A DNA stretch of 63,666 nt, counting the filler, from Folioceros fuciformis (lineage: Eukaryota), in assembly GCA_049999805.1 (NCBI GenBank). It is 8 parts of 8 records of this genome, joined end to end, with 100 filler letters (N's around TTAATTAATTAA, not from the genome) between each part and the next. Parts side by side here need not be neighbours in the genome. Positions count along the whole stretch, not along the records: positions 11,328 to 26,369 come from JBNGIO010005523.1; 7 more parts are not named here. The stretch is one strand, 5' to 3'. The position numbers were made by a program, and so were the translations under genes. How positions within the stretch are numbered: the first letter of the stretch is position 1; each line of letters begins with the position of its first letter. Under the pieces are notes generated by a model. It had not been told where the DNA came from. It was given only the letters and a program-made list of their open reading frames with translations, and did no database searches. This document shows, one piece after another, positions 12,820 through 23,524 of this stretch.

Positions 12820-13970
12820 TGAATATTTTGGGATTGGTTTTGCAGCTCATATAACTTAGTTTTGATTAGTTCCTGTGTTTGTAGTTGCATAGCGCTATTG
12901 CGCGTCAACATAAATCCATGTGCCAATGGATTTATGTAAAACCCGCTCGTACGTGTTTGTCTCAATGGGCATATCTCCTCTGGTGGATATCTTCCTTCAA
13001 AGGCATTATCATTTTTTGTTACCCACCATTGTGTCACAAGGGATGGGTGTGGTTGTTATGGAACAGGTAATCTGCACGTAACCCTGCCCGTAATATAGTT
13101 ACTATTCATAATGATAGGTCACCATGAGCGGGTGTGTCCCTTCATGAATGGGCACCCTCACCTCAGCTTTAAGAACACATTGTGTATACCTTTTTTGTTT
13201 AATTAATGAATATATATCTTACGTAGCATCATGGGCTAGATACACATTGCACTATCCTAGTGCTAGGATTTTTTTTCAATGGTGTTATCGTATCGACCTC
13301 CTTGACCTGCGTAATCCAAAAAGGCCTATTTCTATCATCGCCCTCACACGGCACAACGATCATGTCTCTCTTTTTTATTTCGTTTACAGCCTCCTCCTCA
13401 AGCGCCGCCGTCATCGTGGGTCGGTATGGTTCGAGATACATAAGTCTTTGCTTTGATGGTCTTTCACCCGAATCCTTTTTTGCGCAAGCCGGACAATTAT
13501 CTGTGTGGACTGTATGCATTGTCCCTTCCACTTTAGTGTACCATTCCCACAGAGTCTTCAATTTCGTATCCTCTCTATTCATGATTTTATTGGCAATAAC
13601 CTCTTGCGACATCCAAAACGAACGCCACCACTCCTGATCAGTACCGCTTAAGTATTTTGCCATCGAGGCTTTGAGGATTTTTCTAATATGCGCCAATCTA
13701 TGTAATGGGTTTGGGTCTTGTTGCTTGCCATGAATCTACAATGGACAAAGTGGTGCACCTATGATAGGAGTGGACAGAATCCAACGCAAAAATTCAAGTC
13801 CCTTCAGTAGCTCCCACTGCGGAGATGTTGACAACATCTTTTCAAATAGAACTATCGCCATCGCTCCTCCATGTCGTTCCTCCTACATTATTTTGAACTG
13901 ATGCTGATAGCTATGATTACGTAGCTTACAAACCGCTGCCTTTTACATGCCATGCTTCCCCATTCCATTC
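12820..13970 (-). mobile_element. Degenerate C-terminal half of a probable DNA transposase (DUF7869/Sola-like)
   Basis: LRNHSYQHQFKI...KMLSTSPQWELLKGLEFL...EWWRSFW...RPFWITQV...TQWW...AFEGRYPPE...AHGFMLT resembles the post-catalytic region of this family as recalled. Catalytic core not seen. Confidence 0.4.
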
Positions 13971-14799
13971 AGCCACACATATCATCTAAAGATAGCAACC
14001 TCTGTAATAATTCGCACATCCGGATTTGGCATATACGACTATCTGATAAGCCGCAACATCATATCCAACGACAGAGCTTCTTATGTTTTAGGGTCTTGGA
14101 GAAGTAAGAGAACATTTGGTCAACCGCATCATGCTTATGGCCGACCAGCACAAATCCAATCTTTACCTTTTCAAACATGCGTTTCTCTACCAGCATACAT
14201 AGGTATGCAAACAGAAGCATATTCTTATTTTCTCGTGCAATATTGTTACGCTGAAGGCAGGGAGAGAGGTAATGAGGCCAAGGATCCCGTTTCTCGTACC
14301 AATGATTGCCTTAATCTAGCAATGAGCTCTAACACAGTATATGGATCAGAAGAAGAGTGTTTTTCTACCCCATGTGCAGAGGATGAGGCTGATCCTATCT
14401 AGCATGAGGTGTTGGTTGGCTTCTTTGATGAAGAAGGACCAACATGGCCTCTTACTTATAGGAAGGGAATCCTCGTCCCTCAAGAGAGGCAAAGGAGCAA
14501 GGCGCCCTTACTGAGATTTTCGAGGCCACCCCTTCCAATGATTATGAAGTTTCCAGACCTACTCACTTGAAAGGGCACTTAACTTCAATTATTGTCTCAG
14601 TAGCCAGACAATTGAGTGGCATCTAGCAATTTCTGGCTGTAGTCTCCCCAAGAGAAGAGGTGGCTTCAATCTGCATCATAGGCAGTAAGTTTCATACACT
14701 CAAGGGGAAAATCCTCGCCATGCTAACAGCAGGGGGTGCCATAGCCAGCAAGGACAAGAAGGAGGTTGATTATTACAATGGAGTATACCATACAGGAGG

Positions 14800-15400
14800 C
14801 CAATATTTTGTAGACGTCCATCTTACAAAAGTCAATGCACTAGCCCTGCCTTTGATGGCCAGATGGAGGTGGATTTTAGAGGTTCCGTGGGTGATAGAAC
14901 CTGGCAGGAAATGCCTGGAAATGAAGGGACGTGAGACGGGCTAGCTCAACATACACAAGGATACAAAGGTTGTCCTTGCTTTGTGCAAATCTGAACGCAT
15001 ACAAAAGATAATGCAAGAGAATGATGGTTCCTCTGGACTTCCCATGGAAAAACTTCCTCATTGCTAGACTCCAAAGCACTCAGCTTAGCAAGGCTGGTCA
15101 ACAGGGCCTAGTGCATGTTCTTGTTGACCATGTCTGGTTGGCTCAAGGGGAAGGGTCACCGTTGTGGCACTCCATTTGGAGTAGTTTCCACAAGGCTCTA
15201 GCTATGGCCCGCTGGCAACTCCTGGACAAACGCTCAGAAGCCCTTGCGTTACCTTTGTAGGGTTTCCCCCACATGTGGTCACCGAAGCAGGCATGTAAGA
15301 TCAGAAGATCCCAACACCTTTGAGATGCTGGATCGAGGGGAATAGTGTTCCTATGGGACGTATGAGACTGGGAATAAGAGTCATGGAAGTCACCCTCCCA
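14800..15400 (+). mobile_element. L1-like LINE remnant (region downstream of RT)
   Basis: NALALPLMARWRW and GSPLWHSIW resemble plant L1 ORF2 N.ALLAKW.W and S..W..I motifs. Heavily broken. Confidence 0.45.
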
Positions 15401-16759
15401 ACTCCAAGCGCAGTTTGGAGTCTCTGCAACCTGCGCAAGAGTCATCCTAGACACTATATGCAGGGATTTGCTGTCCAGCCTAAGAGAGGTGATATCTCAA
15501 GCAATCCCCAGACAAGCTGGGGTTTTTGTTATGGTGACTAGACTACACACACACTAGACTTTCCAGCTCCCCCCTCAACAGACCTTTAGTTTGTCAACTG
15601 GGGCCTCGGGGTCTAGAGTGTTAAGCATGATTAATGTTGAGATTAATTAGTGCTAATCTAGCTTATTGAGTTTGTACTGATTATTGGTAAGAGTGATTAA
15701 GGTTATGATTAATATATATATAGCTTATTAGACTTTGTTATGTTAGGCAATAAGGTATTGTAGGGTTTGGGGTCATTTATCCCATATTGGGCACAAAATG
15801 AGAGTGCCACCCATAGGTCCATAAAAGAAGGGATGAACCCACCTAGTATTTGTAGTCTAACTCCCTCTTCACTTGTATTGTGTTGGTTTTATAATTCTCC
15901 TTTTATTTGAGTTTAAGAGCCTTGTTATAGTGCTCTTATTTTTGGGATTCTGCATCTTGCTTCAACTAACTTGTTTTAACCTCTTTTGAGCATGGCGAGG
16001 GTGACATCTCAACATAGAGTTGGTGCGAGCGGATGAATATCGGATCAAGTCGAACATGGGAGACCTCAGACTGGTTGCACATGACCAAGACGAACATGGG
16101 AGACCTCAGACTGGTTGCACATGACCAAGACATCAGGGAGTTCTCTTTTTCTCTTGTTACAGTTCTCTTTGGTTGTGCAAATGGCAGACCAAGTTTTGGA
16201 GGGCTTACCTACTTCATCAGGATCGGAGAGCCTTTACTAAATCCTTCTGCTGCAAGGGAGTAGCAACAATCGAGAGCAGGCAGGTGAGGCAATCCAGATG
16301 TGAACCGACGCATTGCATCTCGCGCCCCCTGCCAAGGCTTCACTTGGTGCTTTTGTATTGGCCCACCTGGAAAACCTCTTCACATAAGTCTTTTAGACCA
16401 TGCTAGTTTTAGGGTTTACTGCTGAATATCGACCACGTCTCTACATTGTAGGTAGCCTCGGCGAGACCTATAACTGGGCTCAGGACCCAACAGCCACCAC
16501 CCTAGATGGCCCCTGAACTCTGTGCCCAGCCAGGTCTCGCTGTAGACAGTACAACGTGAGCTAATGAGAGAGNNNNNNNNNNNNNNNNNNNNNNNNNNNN
16601 NNNNNNNNNNNNNNNNNNNNNNNNNNNNNNNNNNNNNNNNNNNNNNNNNNNNNNNNNNNNNNNNNNNNNNNNCAGGTCTCGCCGTAGACAGTACAACGTG
16701 AGCTAATGAGAGAGAAACAGCCTAGTTGTGAAAGACACCATCATAGCTGGTCAGCTTAG

Positions 16760-16879
16760 GTGTTCATGTTCACCGCTGCACAACTTAACTCTCTCATCAG
16801 TGGTTTCCAAAACCTCTCAGTGTTCATGTTCACCGCTGCACAACTTAACTCTCTCATCAGTGGTTTCCAAAACCTCTCA
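16760..16879. repeat. 60-bp tandem duplication in copia leader
   Basis: GTGTTCATGTTCACCGCTGCACAAC...AAAACCTCTCA occurs twice. A 41-bp duplication also lies at ~16051-16131. Confidence 0.85.
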
Positions 16880-16903
16880 CTATATCCGATCCAACAATCA
16901 GCC

Positions 16904-19900
16904 ATGGCATCTGCCAGTCTACCTACCTTTACCTCAGAACTTAAAGAGAAAGATAGGTTTAAGGGGCATGGTTATAATGTCTGGAGGGTCAGGATGAAGT
17001 CCACCTTGTTTGCCAGGGGAGTTTGGACCACCGTTGATGGGACATATCTCAAACCTGACCTGTCTAGCAGCCCAGCACCAACTCCAGAAGAGACCGCCAA
17101 GTGGGAGTAGTTTAATGCTATCGCCGTTGCTTTGATCATCGGCGGACTAGACTCANNNNNNNNNNNNNNNNNNNNNNNNNNNNNNNNNNNNNNNNNNNNN
17201 NNNNNNNNNNNNNNNNNNNNNNNNNNNNNNNNNNNNNNNNNNNNNNNNNNNNNNNAGTTTAATGCTATCGCCGTTGCTTTGATCATCGGCGGACTAGACT
17301 CAGACCTCGTCCCTGATATTGAATACCTCACATCTGCACATGCCATTTGGGATCAATTAGAGAAAACATACAAAATCCAAAACATGATGACTTTATGTGC
17401 AATTAGGTAGGAATTCTTCTCCCTGAAGATGAGGGAAGGAGATAAAGTGGCCTCTCATGTCTGCAAGTTCCGGCACCTTCGTGCCCAACTCACAACCATG
17501 ACAGGAGAGAATATGTCAGAAGTGGATGCTATCGCCCAGCTCCTGACCAGTCTTCCAGCCTCTTACCAAACTTTTGTGACAAGTCAAAACGGACCCATAC
17601 GCGCTGCAGCCGCTACCTCTGGCCAGTCAGTGACCATCACCTTGGAAGAGGTGATTGGGGCACTGTTCCAGGAGGAGCAGAGCCGTACCTTCTCATCCAC
17701 TACCAAGAACAAAGGGGAGAAAGCATTAGTAACCAACTTCCGCAAAGGAAAGGCAAAGTTTCGAGGTATAGCAACTCAAGGACAGAGGGGAGAACCCTCT
17801 AATGTTGTCAAGCGATCAGGCAGCTGTAATTGGTGTGGCCTCCCTGGCCACTGGGCAAGAGAATGCCGTAAACGGAAGGCAGGTGAGACCCAACGCCAAC
17901 CAAAGGCAACAGCAAATGTAGCAGTAAAGCAAAATAAATCAGGAGACTCCAAGGCCCCCGTAAAAATACTTACAGTATGCTTGTTCAGCACTCGGAGTGA
18001 TGATAGCTGTTGGTATCTTGATTCAGGGGCTACCACCCATATATGCAAGAAAAGGGAACTCTTCAGAACCCTAGACCTGACACAAACAGGTGGTCAGGTA
18101 TTTCTTGCAGATGAACAAAGCAAAACAAGTTTGCCTATTCAGGGCAGGGGTACCTGTGTTTTCAAGCTACATGACGGCACGGAGTTAACCCTAGATGATG
18201 TTATCTATGTCCCTAGCATGGCTAAACATCTCATGTCTATGAGTCAGATTATGCGTCAACGCATCTTCTACATGCATGCAGATTTTGACCACTGTTGTTT
18301 CTACAGGCAGTCATCCCCACACACATGTGCTTTCGAGGGCCTACCTGAAAGCAACCTGTATAGACTGAACATCATTTGTACTGGGCCGGAATTGCATGAT
18401 GCTACCCACTCAACCTCAGCCTCTAACCTAAGTCAGGCACAATAGGCTTTGCTTTGACACGCCCGCTTGGGGCACATCAATAGGTCCAAATTGATAAATA
18501 TGTCAGTCCTAGAGTGCCATCGCGAGCCTTTACCAAAATGCTTTAAGCAATTACCTGTGTTCGAACCTTGCATACTTGCTAAGCAAAGAGAATTACCCTT
18601 TCCTGATTCACCTGCGCAGAGGGCCACACGAGTTCTTGAGTTGGTCCATGCTGACATTTCAGGCAAAGTCCATGAACCTTCTCTAGGAGGTGCTCGCTAT
18701 TTCTTCATAATTACTGATGACTACAACCGCTTTACATGGATATTTCCAATGGAGTTTAAAAGTGACACTTATGGATACTTCAAAGACTGGCTTACCACTG
18801 CTCAGCGGCAGTCCGGGCAGCTCCTGAAGACTCTTAGGACAGATAATGGCACTGAATTCGTCAACTCTAGCTTTGAAGAACGGCTGCAGTCCCATGGAAT
18901 CCTACACCATATGACCGTGCCCTACACGCCCCAATAGAACGGCGTGTCAGAAAGAAAAAAATCAGACTTTACTATCTATGACAAGAAGTATGCTACTGTG
19001 GGCAGGTTTACCTCAGGGCTATTGGGCTGAGGCTATAGTGACAGCAACGTATATTCTCAATCGTGTGCTCACTAGTACTGTTCCAAATAAAACCCCGTTT
19101 GAGGTATTCTTGAACAAAAAGCCTGGCCTCCTCCACCTTCGGGTCTTTGGATCCCGTGCATATGCCTATATACCCAAAGAGAAAAGGAATAAGTTGGACA
19201 GCCGAGCTGAGGCCCTCATCCTGGTCGGCTACAGTGAGCACTCAAAGGCTTATAAGCTTTATAATCCACAAGCTGATACTATTGTGCTTGCTCGTAGCGT
19301 TACCTTCATTGAACTTCACACCCCTGCCTTTGAGGATGGCTCGTCAGTGGGCCCCACCCCACTCTCTCGAGCAGACCAACCTGTCGTTTTTCCCCTTGAT
19401 GATGATGAGAATGAACTCACGGAGCCAACTTCCATGCCTGCAGGATATCAAAACTTAGACCCTCCAGATCCCGATGCGGACAATATAGATGCAGACACAA
19501 CAGATGCGGCCAATACAGACGCAGTCCACGATCAACATGTTTTGGATGCAGAGGGGGATATGGGGACAGCTGATCATGTACCTACCTCAGCTAACCCTCC
19601 GGAGCCTCCAACTCAGGTTGTTCCCTGCCCAGCTGCAGACTCCGCGCCTGATATTCTCTGCCGCTCCACGCATCACAGACCTCCTCCATCTGAATGGAAG
19701 GAACCACCTTATGTTTCTACCGATTTCCGGACCCATGCAGTCCCATCTCTTGGACCAGCCTTACCCCTACCTGAGGAACCCACTAGGTTAACTCAGGCTT
19801 TCAGCAGTCCTGAACGTGAGCAATGGAAGTGGGCAGTTGAGGACGAATATCAATCTTTAGTGAAGAATAATACCTGGACCCTCACCGATCTCCCTCCAGG

Positions 19901-21363
19901 CAGGAGAGCCATATCCTGCAAATGGACCTTTAAATTAAAACTCAATGCTAAAGGGGAAGTGGCCAGGTTCAAAGCACGACTCGTGGCAAGGGGGTTTACT
20001 CAAGTGGAGGGGTTGGACTACCAGGAAACATTTTCACCTGTCGTCCGCAGCCAATCCATTCGTCTCATTCTTGCTTACGCCACAGAGTTCGACCTTGATC
20101 TCGAGCAAATGGACGTATGCACCGCTTTCCTGTACGGAGTCCTTGACGAGGAATTGTACATGTTTCAGCCCGAAGGTCATGAAGACCCTGCACACCCACA
20201 TAAAGTGCTCAGGTTATTAAAATGTATCTACGGGCTGAAGCAGAGTGGAAGGGTATGGTATCTTACAATGCACGTATACCTGATAAGTATCGACTTTGTT
20301 CAGAACACCGCCGATACTAACGTATATATACTCATGAGAGGATCTTCTGTTGTACTGCTTGCCCTCTACGCCGACGATTTGATCCTTGCCACAAATGACC
20401 ATGCATTGTTAGCAGACGTAAAAAAACAGCTACATCAGAGGTTCGACATGAAGGACATTGGAGAGTTAAGGTACTGCCTAGGCATTCAACTTCTTCGCGT
20501 ACGCGACGCTGGAATTATGTATATACATCAGAGGAAGTACATGAGTGAAATTCTACGCAAATTTCACCTAGACCAAGCAAGACCCGCTACGACTCCATAT
20601 GCTATTGGTACTAAACTAACCCGTCAGCAAAGCCCACAGACCCCTGATGAACTTAAAGACATGGAAGGCGTACCTTACAGGCATGCAGTGGGCGGCCTAC
20701 TATTCGTTGCCAACTGGACGCGGCCCGACATACAGTACTCAGTTAGCACTATATCCCAATTCCTTGAATGCCCCGGGAGAATTCACTGGACAACAGTAAA
20801 ACGAATCTTCCGTTATCTCCAGGGCACAATAAACTATGGTTTGATGTATAAGAGAAGTGGGGACCAGCGGCTTACCCTATCCGGCTATTCTGACGCTGAT
20901 TGGGCGTCGGATTCATATTCTAGACGCAGCATTTCTTCCTATTGCTTCCTTCTTGCGTCAGCAACAGTCACCTGGAGTAGCAAAAAAACAATCCACGATT
21001 GCTCTTAGCTCCACTGAAGCAGAATACAAATCGCTGACGGAGGCAGCTAAAGAGGCAGAATGGGAGAGAAACTTTCTTACAGGCCTTGGTCACCCACAAC
21101 CAGATCCCACTGTCATACTGTGTGACAATACTTCGGCCCTGGAGCTAGTAGCTAAGCCAACCTTCCACGCCCAAACGAAACACATCGAAGTGCACCACCA
21201 TTATATACGAGATCTGGTATCTAGGGGCATCATCAACGTCAGCCATATTAGCACAGACTTGAATACGGCAGATATACTCACAAAGGGTTTGCCTAGACAC
21301 CCCCATTACCTTCACATGCGGGGGTTAGGCCTCTGTGACTATTCAGCCTACATCGACACTTGA
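16904..21363 (+). mobile_element. Near full-length Ty1/copia gag-pol, inactivated
   Basis: DRFKGHGYNVW, CNWCGLPGHWAREC, WYLDSGAT, HADISG, LRTDNGTEF, ARLVARGFTQ, LYADD, YSDADWA, TKHIEVHHH, ADILTKGL. Stops at 17108, 17408, 18443, 18455 and 18935; frameshift near 20985. No LTR pair found. Confidence 0.97.
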
Positions 21364-23524
21364 AAGGGCCAGGCCAGCGAGAGGGGGAAGCTTAAATGCT
21401 GCCCACAGTCAGCTATCCGAGTTGACGCCGTATACTCTCCCGACGGCCATCACAGCACAGCTCTTGTGCTCATCTGTCACAGGAGGGCACACATTTAGGC
21501 CATTCAAGCAGACTTTAATAACGTTACACAACCGGGCACCAGTGGACATTAATGACACAGCCATGGTGCCCGCCTGCAACAAACGCCTGCTCACCAGATG
21601 GATGAAGTTGACGACGAAGCTCCATAGCCGAGGGCATTCGCTTTTCTTTGTTCGAAAAGTTGGGAGTGGGAGATCTATTAAGGCGAGAGCATAGACTTTG
21701 CAAATGGTGCATGAGAAGACTTCTCCTATGGACCTGCTAGAACTTAGTCAAATGCAAGGGCATGCAAAAAAGAAGGCAAAGGGGAAAGGAAAAGAGATCT
21801 CCAACCAAGACGACCCTAAAAGTGAAAAGGACAAGGATCGCCATCGTGAAGATGAAACATGGGACAAAGATCATCTTGAAACATTCTCCTACGCTGCTTC
21901 GCCGAGTCTAGCTGTCGACGAACCAAAAGAGTTAAATCCTTTGACCAACCACCCAAAGACAAGGGACGACATTATTGTTCCCATGACCGCAAGGCAAGAA
22001 TCTTCGCAATTTGCAGAATAGGACCTTTGGCTAGACAAGCTACATGCTTGTAAATAGGTTGGCACGCACTTGTGCTGTCGAGGTATTGTAGTGCAAAGCC
22101 TAAATAGCTCAATTTGGAAATGATGTTTCAAGTGCGCCTATCATGTAAGTCCGCTTTTCTCAGAAATCCGAAGTGTTTAAATTCCATCACAAAAGTTGTT
22201 GGTCTTGTCAACCTCTTCACCGCCCTTAGACCACAATTTTTGAGTGGGGTGGGAGTGCATATGACTGGACACTAAGACAAAAAAAGGGGTTGGAGGACAA
22301 TCCTAATTTATTTTAGGCGCTGTTAAAGACATTTGGTACCAAATCCTTTGAATGGAGGGATGTCTTGGCAATTAAGTGTTGCTATATAGTTAGAAAAGAG
22401 GCTTACAAAGGAAGAAATGGAGAATGTGGGTAGTGGATGATTTAGATATATTTATGAGGAAGCCAAAGATGACACCACACAACCACTTAAGAAGTATGAT
22501 GTTTCAAAATGCAAATTGCAAAGGATTGGAGTATCTTGAAAATTTTGTACACTAATGACCAATTTTGTAGCTTTTATTTAGTTGAATTCAAGTGGAACAA
22601 TGTGCGCATGGAATACATTCCTATGTGGAATGTATTCTAGAATTGTGTGGAATGCTAGAATTACTCTCTTCTCCTTGGGTAAGAAGAGCTACAACCTTTA
22701 AGTGTAGTGAGAGCTTAGCTAGTAAGATCATCACGGAGTAAGAGTAGTGCATGTAGGTAGCCTGATGTGAATAAAGAGTAGTACTTGGAGAAGGTGGTAT
22801 GTGAGTTGTTAACAGAAAGTAAACCACTTGATAGTTGTGTGTAAAGCTCTCTGGTGGAGTGAAGAAGCAAGGTTATGTTGAGGAATTGGTGTGAGGAGGA
22901 CGGTGCAACACTTGATAGTTGTGTGCAAGACTCACTTGTGGAGTGAATTAACAATCTCATGAGTTGTTGGTGGAGTAGTAGAAATTGTGGGCAAAACAAG
23001 TCATTAGCTGAAATCCTAAAATTCTACAAGGAGAGAATGTTTGCAAGTCTCTTTCTGGTATAAGTCTTGGAGGTTTTGTGGCCTTTGGCTGGTGAGGTCT
23101 TAAAGTTTAAAGTACGGAACCATCATTAAAGGCGTGGTTATCTCGATGAAACTTTTATGTTAATAGTCTAATACTTTTTTATTCATACAAATTGAAACTT
23201 TCACAATAATAGTCAAATACTTTGTTACTCACTAGCATAAACCTATCTCTAAGTGTATACTAATAGTATCTACCTCCAACCGTATGATCAATTACTTCAC
23301 GACGCGAAGGATTCAAATACATATACAACAGAAGCATCCCCGCGGAACCTGGCTGGCAGGACGTCAGCACGGTTCCGCAAAGACCTGTATTGATACAAAT
23401 GGGCCAGCAGATTTCAGTGTCCGCTGCTTTCCCGTCGAGGACAGGACTTGATGTAGACTTACAAATGATGAGGCTCGTAGCGATCTGTGCCCTCCAAGAC
23501 CATCACCGAGACAAAATTTATTGA

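Noticed and set aside
15592..16006. Solo LTR TGTCA...TGACA
   Set aside because: Flanks TAGTT/TCTCA give no TSD and no second copy is in the window; unsupported.
16531..17302. Direct repeats flanking N gaps (also 33455-33633, 41399-41541, 44165-44270, 44813-45008)
   Set aside because: Identical sequence on both sides of gaps indicates unmerged contig overlaps.
16904..18937. In-frame TAG/TGA stops as U-to-C RNA editing or readthrough sites
   Set aside because: Reverse editing is known from organelles. These are nuclear TEs that also carry TGG>TGA stops and frameshifts, so mutation explains them.
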